A stretch of 64,000 nucleotides of DNA from Vicinamibacteria bacterium. GTDB taxonomy: Bacteria > Acidobacteriota > Vicinamibacteria > Marinacidobacterales > Marinacidobacteraceae. Below are positions 56,442-64,000 of the stretch, in pieces. Both the position numbers and the translations under genes were made by a program. Location of the stretch: positions 160,001 through 224,000 of the forward strand of contig OZ219816.1 of the NCBI GenBank assembly GCA_964291235.2, given 5' to 3'. The notes under the pieces were generated by a model, which saw nothing but the letters and a program-made list of their open reading frames with translations, made no database searches and was not told the DNA's origin. Every line of letters starts with the position of its first letter. Within the stretch, counting starts at the first letter, position 1.

Positions 56442-57530
56442 GTGTCCGGCTTCCGGATCGGGGCCCCCTTCCCGCGGCTCGCCGGGCTGGCCGCCGGCGG
56501 CCGGCTCCCGCAGAGCCTCCTGCTGACCGGGCCCTCCGGCGCCCCCACGATGGAAGCCGCCGTCGCGCTTTCGGCCATCGTGAACAGCTCCGATCGGGAC
56601 CCCGGCTCGGAGGCCACCCGGGTGCTGCACGAGCGCATCGTGGCCACCGACGCGGCGCTTTGCGCCGGCAAAGGGGCGGGCGAGTGGATCGGACCGGCGA
56701 CCGGTCCCTATCCGGACGTGCGGATCCTGCGGCCGGAGAGCGGCAAGCCGATCCGGGTGGACGAGATCCGCCAGGCCATCGCCGGAACCCGCACCCATCC
56801 GTTCGAGGGACGCCGCCGGGTGCTGGTGATCGAAGCGGCGGACACCATGAACCCGCCAGCGGCCAACGCGCTCCTCAAGACGCTCGAAGAACCGCACCCG
56901 TGGCTCGGCCTGATCCTTTGCGCGCGCACCGAGGCGGCGCTCCTGCCCACGATCGTCTCCCGCTGCCAGCGCTGGCGGTTCGCCGCGCCGACCGCTCCCG
57001 AGGTCGCCGCCCGGCTGCGGGAAGAGCACGACTACCCGCCCGCCGAGGCGGCGGTCGCCGCGGCGGCCGCGGGCGGGGATCTCGCGCGGGCGCTCGCGCT
57101 GCCGCGGGACCGGCTGCTGCCGCTCGCCGAGGAGGCCGAGGGAATGGCCGCGGTCGTCGGCCGGGGGATCCCGCCGCCGGCCCGGGCGGCGCTGACCGAG
57201 CGGCTGACGAAGGGAGGCCCCCGCTCCCGGAAGGCGGGCCGCATCGACGAGCTGCAGACGATTCTGGTGCTGCTGCGCGCCACCCTCCGGGACCTGGCGG
57301 CGCTGGGCTCGGGAGGCGCGCCGCTCTCCAGTGATCGCGAATCTCTGGACAAGCTCGCGAAGCTCGCCCCCGGGGGCGCCTTCGCGGAGGCCCTGCTGCT
57401 CGTCGAGGAGGCCGACCGCGACATGTACCGCTCCTACGGCAACAAGCGGATGCAGCTCGACGCGCTCCTGCTGGCGTTCAACGAGATCGCGCGGCCCATC
57501 GTGGTCGCCCGCCGCCGCGCCAAACGGTAG
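56442..57530 (+). CDS. holB: DNA polymerase III delta-prime subunit (zinc-free variant)
   Basis: [33 protein letters not shown]; follows tmk as in many bacteria. Confidence 0.82.
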   Translation: MSGFRIGAPFPRLAGLAAGGRLPQSLLLTGPSGAPTMEAAVALSAIVNSSDRDPGSEATRVLHERIVATDAALCAGKGAGEWIGPATGPYPDVRILRPESGKPIRVDEIRQAIAGTRTHPFEGRRRVLVIEAADTMNPPAANALLKTLEEPHPWLGLILCARTEAALLPTIVSRCQRWRFAAPTAPEVAARLREEHDYPPAEAAVAAAAAGGDLARALALPRDRLLPLAEEAEGMAAVVGRGIPPPARAALTERLTKGGPRSRKAGRIDELQTILVLLRATLRDLAALGSGGAPLSSDRESLDKLAKLAPGGAFAEALLLVEEADRDMYRSYGNKRMQLDALLLAFNEIARPIVVARRRAKR

Positions 57531-57577
57531 GAGCGCCGGCCTCCAGGCCGGCATCGCTCGCCAAACGCGAGCGAAAC
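57529..57577. repeat. REP-like double hairpin
   Basis: AGGAGCGCCGGCCTCCAGGCCGGCATCGCTCGCCAAACGCGAGCGAAAC, the reverse complement of the subtype at ~19735 and ~35300. Confidence 0.75.
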
Positions 57578-57676
57578 TCCCGAACCTTCAGGCGCTTATG
57601 GCGGCAGGCTCGGTGGGGTGATCGCCAACCTGGGCGCCCCGGGGCGCGTATCCTCATCACCCTCAGGAGATCCCCC

Positions 57677-58231
57677 ATGATGACCGTCCTTTCCCTCTGG
57701 CTGCCGATCCTGGTTGCCGCCGTCGCGGTGTTCCTCGCCAGCTCGCTGATCCACATGGTGCTCGGGTTCCACAAGAACGACATGGGGGCGATTCCCGACG
57801 AGCGGAAGGTCGCCGACGCGCTCCGGCCCTTCGCGATCCCGCCCGGCGACTACGCGATTCCCCACGGCCACGCCAAGGACATGGCGACCCCGGAGTTCCT
57901 CCAGAAGACCAAGGAGGGCCCGGTGGCGATCATGACCGTGCTGCCAAACGAGCCGACGAACATGGGCAGGAACCTCGGCCTGTGGTTCGTCTATTCGCTG
58001 GTGGTCGGCGGATTCGCCGCCTACGTGGCGGGATCGGCCGTCGGCATCGGCGCGGAGTACGACGAGGTGTTCCGGGTGGTCGCCGCGGTCAGCTTCGCCG
58101 GGTATTCGCTCGCCGTGTTGCAGGCTTCGATCTGGTGGGGACGGAGCTGGGGCTACACCGTACGCACCATGACGGACGGGCTGATCTACGGCCTGCTCAC
58201 CGGGGGCGTCTTCGGCTGGCTCTGGCCGTAG
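57677..58231 (+). CDS. Conserved-looking membrane protein of unknown function
   Basis: AGGAG RBS; about five TM segments; [23 protein letters not shown] and C-terminal [18 protein letters not shown]. Confidence 0.8.
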   Translation: MMTVLSLWLPILVAAVAVFLASSLIHMVLGFHKNDMGAIPDERKVADALRPFAIPPGDYAIPHGHAKDMATPEFLQKTKEGPVAIMTVLPNEPTNMGRNLGLWFVYSLVVGGFAAYVAGSAVGIGAEYDEVFRVVAAVSFAGYSLAVLQASIWWGRSWGYTVRTMTDGLIYGLLTGGVFGWLWP

Positions 58232-58256
58232 TCCCGGAGTCCCGACACGACCTCGG

Positions 58257-58631
58257 ATGTCCCCCCGGCGAAGGCGCCTCCGGTCGCTCATGGCGGCCGG
58301 CCTCGCCTGCGCGATGACCACGGCAGGCTGTTCCGTCGCCCTGGTCCACGGTCCCCCGAACCCGGACGAAGCGGACTACGACGCTGCCGGCCGCTACGAG
58401 GGTGGCGTGCCCTGCACCGCCAGCCGGGCCTGGCCCGTCGTTGACGCGCTGGTGCTCCTGGCCACCCTCGTCAAGGTGGCGAACTACGGACCCGATCAGC
58501 GGGACGAGACGCGCAGCGGGCTGATGGGTGCGGCGCTCGGCGTGGATCGGACACCGGCGGACGAGCGCCTGCCGCGACGCGCAGGCTTCGGCCGGCGGGC
58601 CTCCGGCCGCGTCCTCGCCCTGGTGAGATGA
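58257..58631 (+). CDS. Putative lipoprotein, possibly with a replaced or truncated C-terminus
   Basis: Lipobox TAGC; CTASRAWPVVD; Arg-rich, low-quality C-terminal tail; ATGA overlap with the M23 gene. Confidence 0.5.
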   Translation: MSPRRRRLRSLMAAGLACAMTTAGCSVALVHGPPNPDEADYDAAGRYEGGVPCTASRAWPVVDALVLLATLVKVANYGPDQRDETRSGLMGAALGVDRTPADERLPRRAGFGRRASGRVLALVR

Positions 58632-59656
58632 GGAAGCACGCGTACGCGATCGTCACGACCCTGCTGACGCTGGTGGGTCTCGCGGGCCTCTTCGGGCTCC
58701 GCCTCGTGGGCCTCTACAGCCACCAGGCGCTCGGGCTGGCGCTGCTGCTCGGCTGCGGGTGGGCGATCGCGAGCCTCATCCGGTCGGCGTGGAAGGGGCG
58801 GCTCAAGCCGCAGCTTGCCCGGGGATTCCGCGGGCGCGAGAACCGGCCCCGGCTCCTCCAGGCGGTGGGACGCGCGAGCTTCTGGACGCTGAGCGCCGCC
58901 GCGTGCCTCGCGGTCTTCCCCCGCACGGCGGAGCTGACGGCGTTGATCGCCGTGGTGATCGGCGTCTCCGGGCTCCGGATCGCAGCTTCCTTCGTCGTCC
59001 CGGACCGGCTGGGTACCGGGCCCACCATCGTCATGGCAGCGGGCGCCCTGGTCCTGGCGTTCGATCTCGGCCGGGCCTTCCTGGGGGCGCCCGTAGCCGA
59101 GGTGCGGATCGCTCCCCCGTTCGAGGGCGAGTGGGTGGTGCTGCAGGGCGGCGACAGCCCCCTGCAGAATCACCATCTGGTGGCGTACAACCAGCACTTC
59201 GCGCTCGACCTCGTCCAGTTGGAGGACGGCCGGATCTTCGCCGACGGCGACGGCAACGCGGGCGTCCACAGTTGGGAGCAGCTTCTGCAATCGCCCGCGG
59301 ACGGCACGGTGGTCGTCGCGCGCGGCGGGATGGAGGACTCCGAGGGCGCCAACTTCGTGACCGAACTCGAGGACGCGGCGGGGAACGTCATCGTCATCGA
59401 GCTCGACAGCGGTCACTTCGTGGTCCTGGCGCACCTCCGGCAGGGCTCGCTGCGGGTCGGCGAGGGCGACCGGGTGCGGGCGGGCGATCCGCTGGCGCTG
59501 GTCGGGAACTCGGGCAACACGACGATGCCGCACCTGCACCTCCAGGTGCAGACCCATCCCGGCCTCTGGGACGAAGACAACCGCTCGGTGCCGTTCGCGT
59601 TCGGGCCGGACGGCCACGTCCTGGCGCGCAACGACCGGATCGGCGCGCCCAACTGA
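58628..59656 (+). CDS. M23 family metallopeptidase with N-terminal TM helices
   Basis: SPADGTVV, AGNVIVI, LAHLRQGSLRV.EGDRV..G..LALVGNSGNTTMPHLHLQ. Confidence 0.87.
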   Translation: MRKHAYAIVTTLLTLVGLAGLFGLRLVGLYSHQALGLALLLGCGWAIASLIRSAWKGRLKPQLARGFRGRENRPRLLQAVGRASFWTLSAAACLAVFPRTAELTALIAVVIGVSGLRIAASFVVPDRLGTGPTIVMAAGALVLAFDLGRAFLGAPVAEVRIAPPFEGEWVVLQGGDSPLQNHHLVAYNQHFALDLVQLEDGRIFADGDGNAGVHSWEQLLQSPADGTVVVARGGMEDSEGANFVTELEDAAGNVIVIELDSGHFVVLAHLRQGSLRVGEGDRVRAGDPLALVGNSGNTTMPHLHLQVQTHPGLWDEDNRSVPFAFGPDGHVLARNDRIGAPN

Positions 59657-59714
59657 GCAATTGCCGCTCGGCGTCGATGTCCGCTCCGCTAGCCGATGTT
59701 GCGACGCGCTGATG

Positions 59715-59799
59715 AGCTGGGGTTCCACGTTCCGCACGACGGTGGACGGGATGATCTACGGCCTGCTCACCGGCGGCGTCTTCGGCAGGCCCTGGCCGT
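59715..59799 (+). pseudogene. Diverged copy of the 3' end of the 57677..58231 gene
   Basis: Encodes [28 protein letters not shown] versus [28 protein letters not shown]; 22-nt identity TGATCTACGGCCTGCTCACCGG. Confidence 0.75.
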
Positions 59800-59887
59800 C
59801 GCCGGCCGTTCACGGCCCGGCCGATTCCGCGGGCCGTCCGGCCGCGTGGTCAGCGGACCCCGGCGTCCCTTGATTACGATAAGCCTC

Positions 59888-60730
59888 ATGCGACTCACGA
59901 TCCTCCCCGCTGTTCTGGTCACTCCGCTCGTCGCCGGTTGTGGCGGCGACCCGGCCCCCGAATCGGCCGGCTCGGACCGCGACGCCGCGACGGAGGCGGC
60001 TTCATCGACGGAGCAGGCGCTTTGCCTCGACATGGGGCCGCAGACGCCGCGGGACATCGCCGACCCGCACGGGCTGAACGCGGACATGTTCCCGCTGGCG
60101 CCGCCAGCGAGCGAGATGAACCTCTGCAACCTCCACACGCACACGAACGCGGAGCACAAGGGCCCCGGATTCAGCGTCTTCGTCAGCGACGCCGAGGACG
60201 GCGGCTACGCCTGCAACGAGACCGCGGATCTCACGCCCGCCGAGCTTGAGCCCGCCGAAGGGGCCTACGGCGGCGTGAGCCCGGGCGACACCATAGAGGT
60301 CCACTGGGTTCACACCTCATGCGACGCGACTCCCGGTGTCGGGCTCGGCGCGTGCGTCCCCGAGAACTGCGAGAACCCGCTCCTCCGCGTGGAGGCTCAG
60401 GTGTTTGTCGTCGTCAACGACCCGGACGCGCCCGATTTCACCACGATGGCCTACGGCGGCAACCCGAGCGGAGGCCTCCATCAGGCGATGATGATCCCGT
60501 CCGACACCGGCGAACCGGTGCTGTTCCGCGGCTCCACCACCGGCCCCTCCTACGACCAGAGCACCTGTTCCCCCGCGCAGGTCACGTGGAGCGTGCGGCC
60601 GCAATGCGCCCGGCTGGACATCAACTCCCTCCACCGCTGGGCCGTAGCGGGCAATGTGTTCGAGGAGACGAAATCGCACGGAGTGAGGCAGCTCGTGACC
60701 GCGCCGGAACTCCTCTCGCCGATCGAGTAA
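59888..60730 (+). CDS. Delta-class (TWCA1-like) carbonic anhydrase lipoprotein
   Basis: Lipobox VAGC; NLCNLHTHTNAEHK, PGDTIEVHWVHTSC, GLGAC, NPLLRVEAQVF, GSTTGPSY. Confidence 0.75.
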   Translation: MRLTILPAVLVTPLVAGCGGDPAPESAGSDRDAATEAASSTEQALCLDMGPQTPRDIADPHGLNADMFPLAPPASEMNLCNLHTHTNAEHKGPGFSVFVSDAEDGGYACNETADLTPAELEPAEGAYGGVSPGDTIEVHWVHTSCDATPGVGLGACVPENCENPLLRVEAQVFVVVNDPDAPDFTTMAYGGNPSGGLHQAMMIPSDTGEPVLFRGSTTGPSYDQSTCSPAQVTWSVRPQCARLDINSLHRWAVAGNVFEETKSHGVRQLVTAPELLSPIE

Positions 60731-60774
60731 CCGCGCCCGGGCTCCGGCTTCGTCGGCAGCGTTCGGGAACCACG

Positions 60775-60811
60775 GCTCACCGGCGACGTCTTCGGCTGGC
60801 TCTGGCCGTAG
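60775..60811 (+). repeat. Third copy of the 57677-gene 3' end, including its stop codon
   Basis: CGTCTTCGGCTGGCTCTGGCCGTAG (25 nt) is identical to 58207-58231. Confidence 0.8.
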
Positions 60812-60967
60812 CCGCGCCTCGGAGGTCCCGACGACAACGCCGATCGCTCGCTGTCGGAGTTGGCGTGGCGCGGGTTTCGTGCAACCGCGCCCCCGTCCGC
60901 TCGGCGTCGTGGTAAATCGTGTGCTCCGTTCGTCGATGTCGTGATGCGATGATGTTATAATGCGTCG

Positions 60968-61201
60968 ATGCGAACCACGGTGACGATTGATGATGATGTG
61001 CTGTCGGTGGCGCGAGCGCTCGCCGAGCGGAGCGGCGTGAGCGTGGGCCGAGCGCTGTCGGAGTTGGCGCGTCGCGGTTTCCGGACGGGCGCCGCCGTCG
61101 CTCAGCGCAAGCGGGAGCGGGCGACCGTGTTTGCGGTGGATCCCGATGCCGGTCCCATCACGAACGAGGACGTCCATCGTTCCCTGAGCGACTGGCCTTG
61201 A
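60968..61201 (+). CDS. vapB: VapB-type antitoxin (ribbon-helix-helix)
   Basis: MRTTVTIDDDVL..A..LA...G.SVG..LSELARRG; TG-n-TATAAT 6 nt upstream (leaderless). Confidence 0.85.
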   Translation: MRTTVTIDDDVLSVARALAERSGVSVGRALSELARRGFRTGAAVAQRKRERATVFAVDPDAGPITNEDVHRSLSDWP

Positions 61202-61632
61202 TTGCTCTTCCGGACGTGAACGTCCTGGTCGCGCTTGCCTGGCCCAACCACGTGCATCACGACGCCGCCTGGGCTTGGTTCGACGCGGATCGGGACGCGG
61301 GCTGGGCGACGTGCCTGTTGACGGAGGCAGGTTTCGTGCGAGTCTCGTGCAACCGCGCCGCCGTCCGCCACACGGTGACCGCTCTCGACGCCATCGGGGT
61401 TCTGGAAGCCCTCACCCGGCTGGGCTCCCGCCGCTTCTGGCCGCTGGACCGCTCCATCAGTGCGCTGCCGGAATCGGTCAGTGCGCGCCTGCAGGGGTAC
61501 CGGCAGATCACGGACGCCCTGCTGTTGGCCGCCGCGATCCAGCGGGGCGGCCAGTTGACGACGTTTGACGGTGGCCTGAAAGGACTCGTCCCGGCCAGGC
61601 ACCAGTCGTCATTGCGCACCCTGCCGGTCTGA
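61198..61632 (+). CDS. vapC: VapC PIN-domain ribonuclease toxin
   Basis: DVNVLVAL.W..H.HH, WATC.LTEAGFVR, QITDALLL, TFD; TTGA overlap with the antitoxin. Confidence 0.88.
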   Translation: MIALPDVNVLVALAWPNHVHHDAAWAWFDADRDAGWATCLLTEAGFVRVSCNRAAVRHTVTALDAIGVLEALTRLGSRRFWPLDRSISALPESVSARLQGYRQITDALLLAAAIQRGGQLTTFDGGLKGLVPARHQSSLRTLPV

Positions 61633-61734
61633 ATCCGCGGCGCCCCGTCGCTCGCTGCGCCGGAGCGGTCGCCGCGTGGCCGGGGGGCACAGGCTGCGCC
61701 TCCGCCCCCCGGGGGGGAGATTCCCGGGCGCGCC

Positions 61735-63540
61735 TCAGTGACGCCCGGGGCCAGCGCCCGGTCCCGCCGGGATGATCGGCAGGATGGCCTTCGAAGGATG
61801 GTCGGCGTCGTGGTAGATCGTGTTCTCCGCGATGATCACCGGCATGTCCTCGTCCATTTCCCGGCCGGTGTTGCCGTTCGGCAACCACTTCGGGAAGGCA
61901 CTGCTGGATACCGTCATCCGGATGCGGTGACCCGCCTTGAAGAGGTTCGAGATGGGATACATCTCGATCACGAACTTGTAGACCTCGCCGGGATTCATCA
62001 GGACCGGCGCTTCGTCGCCCTCGCGGTAGCGCGCGCGCAGGATGTTCTGGCGGAGGGTCTGCGAGTAGCCGTCCGGATGCACGTCGGTGATGGTCACCGT
62101 CCAGTCGGTGTCCACCGCGCTGGATGAGGCCCACAGTTCCACCGTCGGCATCCCGGTGACCTCGGTGTCCTCCTCGAGCACCGGCGTCGTGAAGGTCAGG
62201 CTGCGGCGGTCGGCCGGCCGGTTGTCGCGCGCGCCCATGGGCTGGATGAACAGGTCGCCGCCGATAGACGGCACCGGATCGCGCGGGTCGTACTCGTAGG
62301 TGGTTGAACCTTCGTCCCCCGGCGCCTCGGTCGAGAGCGTTCCGTCGTTCAGCGAGTCGATGGAATCTGCCTTGTCGGCCCGGAAGTAGTAGTCGGTCCG
62401 CACTTCGCGGGCGAGCGGATACTCGTTCTCCCGGCGCCAGGTGTTCGCACCCATGATGAAGAGGCTCACCTTCGGCTCGTCCATGATGCCGTTGTCGATG
62501 CCCTTCAGGTGGTAGTCGAACCAGCGCAGGCGCAGCCCGTTGTAGTCGATGGCCGCCTCGGGCCCGAAGTCGAGATCGCCGATCACCCGGGCGTTTACGA
62601 GGCCGGACCCGTGAAGCCACGGCCCGACGAACAGACGCTGGCTGTCCCTGGCGTTCGGCATGCCCTGAGCCTGGATGCCGTTGAAGTGGCCCACCTGCGA
62701 GTGCGGGTAGCGGTCGTACCAGCTCGCGTAGTGCATGATCGGAGTGTCGATCTGGTCCCACTGCTCGTCGACCGCGTACTGCCGCCAGTAGTCGTTGTAG
62801 TACGGGTTCTCGATCATGTCGGTCATCATGCGGGTGAGCATGCTCTGGCCCATCGGCATTTCGCTTTCGAGACGCCGTTCGTGCCACCGCCGCCAGGCCT
62901 GGTCGCGCCCGACGTAGCCGGTCCGCCGTCCGGGGTCGTCGAGCGGCACCGGCTGGACCATCTCGTTCTGGGACAGCAGCCAGGTCGGCATGATCATGTG
63001 GAGCGCGCCACCGGCCCAGTAGAGGTCCTTGTAGGCGTTCGACGCCGAGTGCGCACAAAACATGGCGGCCAGGTGCGGCGGCCGGGTCGGCGCGGTCAGG
63101 TACTGGTTGAAGCAGGTGAACGAGAGCCCCTGCGTCCCGACCTTTCCGGTGGACCAGGGCTGGGTCCCCGCCCACTCGATCGTGTCGTAGCCGTCCTGGC
63201 GCTCGTGCCACGCCTGGTCGAGCAGCCAGTGGTAGACGCCCTCCGAGTTGTAGCGGCCGCGCTCGTCCTGGACGATCGCGACGTAGCCGCGCTCGGCGAA
63301 GTAGGGCGCGTAGCGGTGCGCGCAGTCGCCCTTGTTGTACGGCGTCCGCTCGAGGATGACGGGGAAGGGACCGTCACCCTGGTTCTGCGGCATGTACACA
63401 TCGGTGGCCAGGTTGGTGCCGTCGCGCATCGGCACCATCACCTCTTCGCAGGTGTAGGGCTGGGCAAGGGCGCTCCCGGCGGCGAGCAACATGAGTGCCG
63501 CGCCAAACAGGATCCGGGTCGAACGGCTCATCGAAACCAT
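61735..63540 (-). CDS. CocE/NonD family exported hydrolase
   Basis: VPMRDGTNLATDVY, ERTPY, QDERGRYNSEG, DGYDTIEW..TQPWSTGKVG, GLSF, WYD, GPWLH, YDPRDPVPS, GHRIR. Confidence 0.9.
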   Translation of the reverse strand: MVSMSRSTRILFGAALMLLAAGSALAQPYTCEEVMVPMRDGTNLATDVYMPQNQGDGPFPVILERTPYNKGDCAHRYAPYFAERGYVAIVQDERGRYNSEGVYHWLLDQAWHERQDGYDTIEWAGTQPWSTGKVGTQGLSFTCFNQYLTAPTRPPHLAAMFCAHSASNAYKDLYWAGGALHMIMPTWLLSQNEMVQPVPLDDPGRRTGYVGRDQAWRRWHERRLESEMPMGQSMLTRMMTDMIENPYYNDYWRQYAVDEQWDQIDTPIMHYASWYDRYPHSQVGHFNGIQAQGMPNARDSQRLFVGPWLHGSGLVNARVIGDLDFGPEAAIDYNGLRLRWFDYHLKGIDNGIMDEPKVSLFIMGANTWRRENEYPLAREVRTDYYFRADKADSIDSLNDGTLSTEAPGDEGSTTYEYDPRDPVPSIGGDLFIQPMGARDNRPADRRSLTFTTPVLEEDTEVTGMPTVELWASSSAVDTDWTVTITDVHPDGYSQTLRQNILRARYREGDEAPVLMNPGEVYKFVIEMYPISNLFKAGHRIRMTVSSSAFPKWLPNGNTGREMDEDMPVIIAENTIYHDADHPSKAILPIIPAGPGAGPGRH

Positions 63541-63653
63541 GGGTCTCCTCCACTCAGTCGAGTCGGTTACTGATTTCGCAGCCTACGGGCAGCCTTCGAC
63601 CCTGTCAACGGGCGTCACGCCCGCGGACCCCCCGCCACCCCCACGTTGTGCAG

Positions 63654-63686
63654 GCACGGGAACGCCGACCTCCAGGTCGGCACAGC
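63654..63686. repeat. REP-like hairpin (reverse orientation)
   Basis: GGGAACGCCGACCTCCAGGTCGGCACAGC. Confidence 0.8.
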
Positions 63687-63782
63687 GGGCCGCAGGCCCG
63701 CGGGCGGCGCATCGCGGCGCACGCCCACGGCGCGCAAAAGTTGCTGTCTCCCAACTGCGCAAAAGGTTCATGTCTCTCGAAC

Positions 63783-64000
63783 AGCTACTAGTTACGGCCC
63801 AGCCGACTCTCCCTCAGCTACTAGTTGCAGCCCGGCGATCCGCCCCGGCTACTAGTAGCAACCCAGCCGAATCCCCTTCAGCTACTAGTTGCAGCCCGAA
63901 AACCCGCCAAAGCTATTAGTTCAGCCCCCAAAAGCCGGCTCCAGCTACTAGTAGCAACCCAGCCGAATCCCCTTCAGCTACTAGTTGCAGCCCGAAAACC
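63783..64000. repeat. Phased array of palindromic GCTACTAGT(A/T)GC motifs, ~32-bp period, truncated by the window edge
   Basis: Cores begin at 63784, 63817, 63848, 63881, 63912, 63944 and 63977. Segment 63848-63904 is repeated exactly at 63944-64000. Confidence 0.85.

Noticed and set aside
63783-64000. Possible CRISPR array at the right edge
   Set aside because: The core is only ~12 bp, spacers are ~20 bp and two are exact duplicates; the geometry does not fit CRISPR. Kept as an unexplained array.

Overview
Very GC-rich bacterial chromosome segment; the gene repertoire suggests an Acidobacteriota-like diderm (inference only). It holds about 40 CDS, tRNA-Val(TAC) and many copies of a REP-like hairpin with compensatory stem changes. 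A 23-kb minus-strand locus carries seven tandem DUF5916/CBM9-like outer-membrane paralogs (two subfamilies, the first copy frameshifted), followed by a cytochrome c (PSCyt) gene, a Tat/DUF1552 gene and an ankyrin gene. An ABC exporter operon ends in an egtB/egtD-like pair. The EgtB keeps its iron-binding histidines but has lost the catalytic-Tyr and substrate-pocket motifs, which suggests a different betaine/thiol pathway. Other oddities: a family-4 uracil-DNA glycosylase with a twin-arginine signal peptide, three membrane-anchored coiled-coil genes sharing a DnaA-box plus ECF-type promoter, a gene 3' end repeated three times around cargo genes (M23 peptidase, delta carbonic anhydrase, vapBC), and a ~32-bp-phased palindrome array running off the right edge. 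No integrase, transposase, CRISPR or rRNA was seen. All family assignments come from motif recognition, not database searches.
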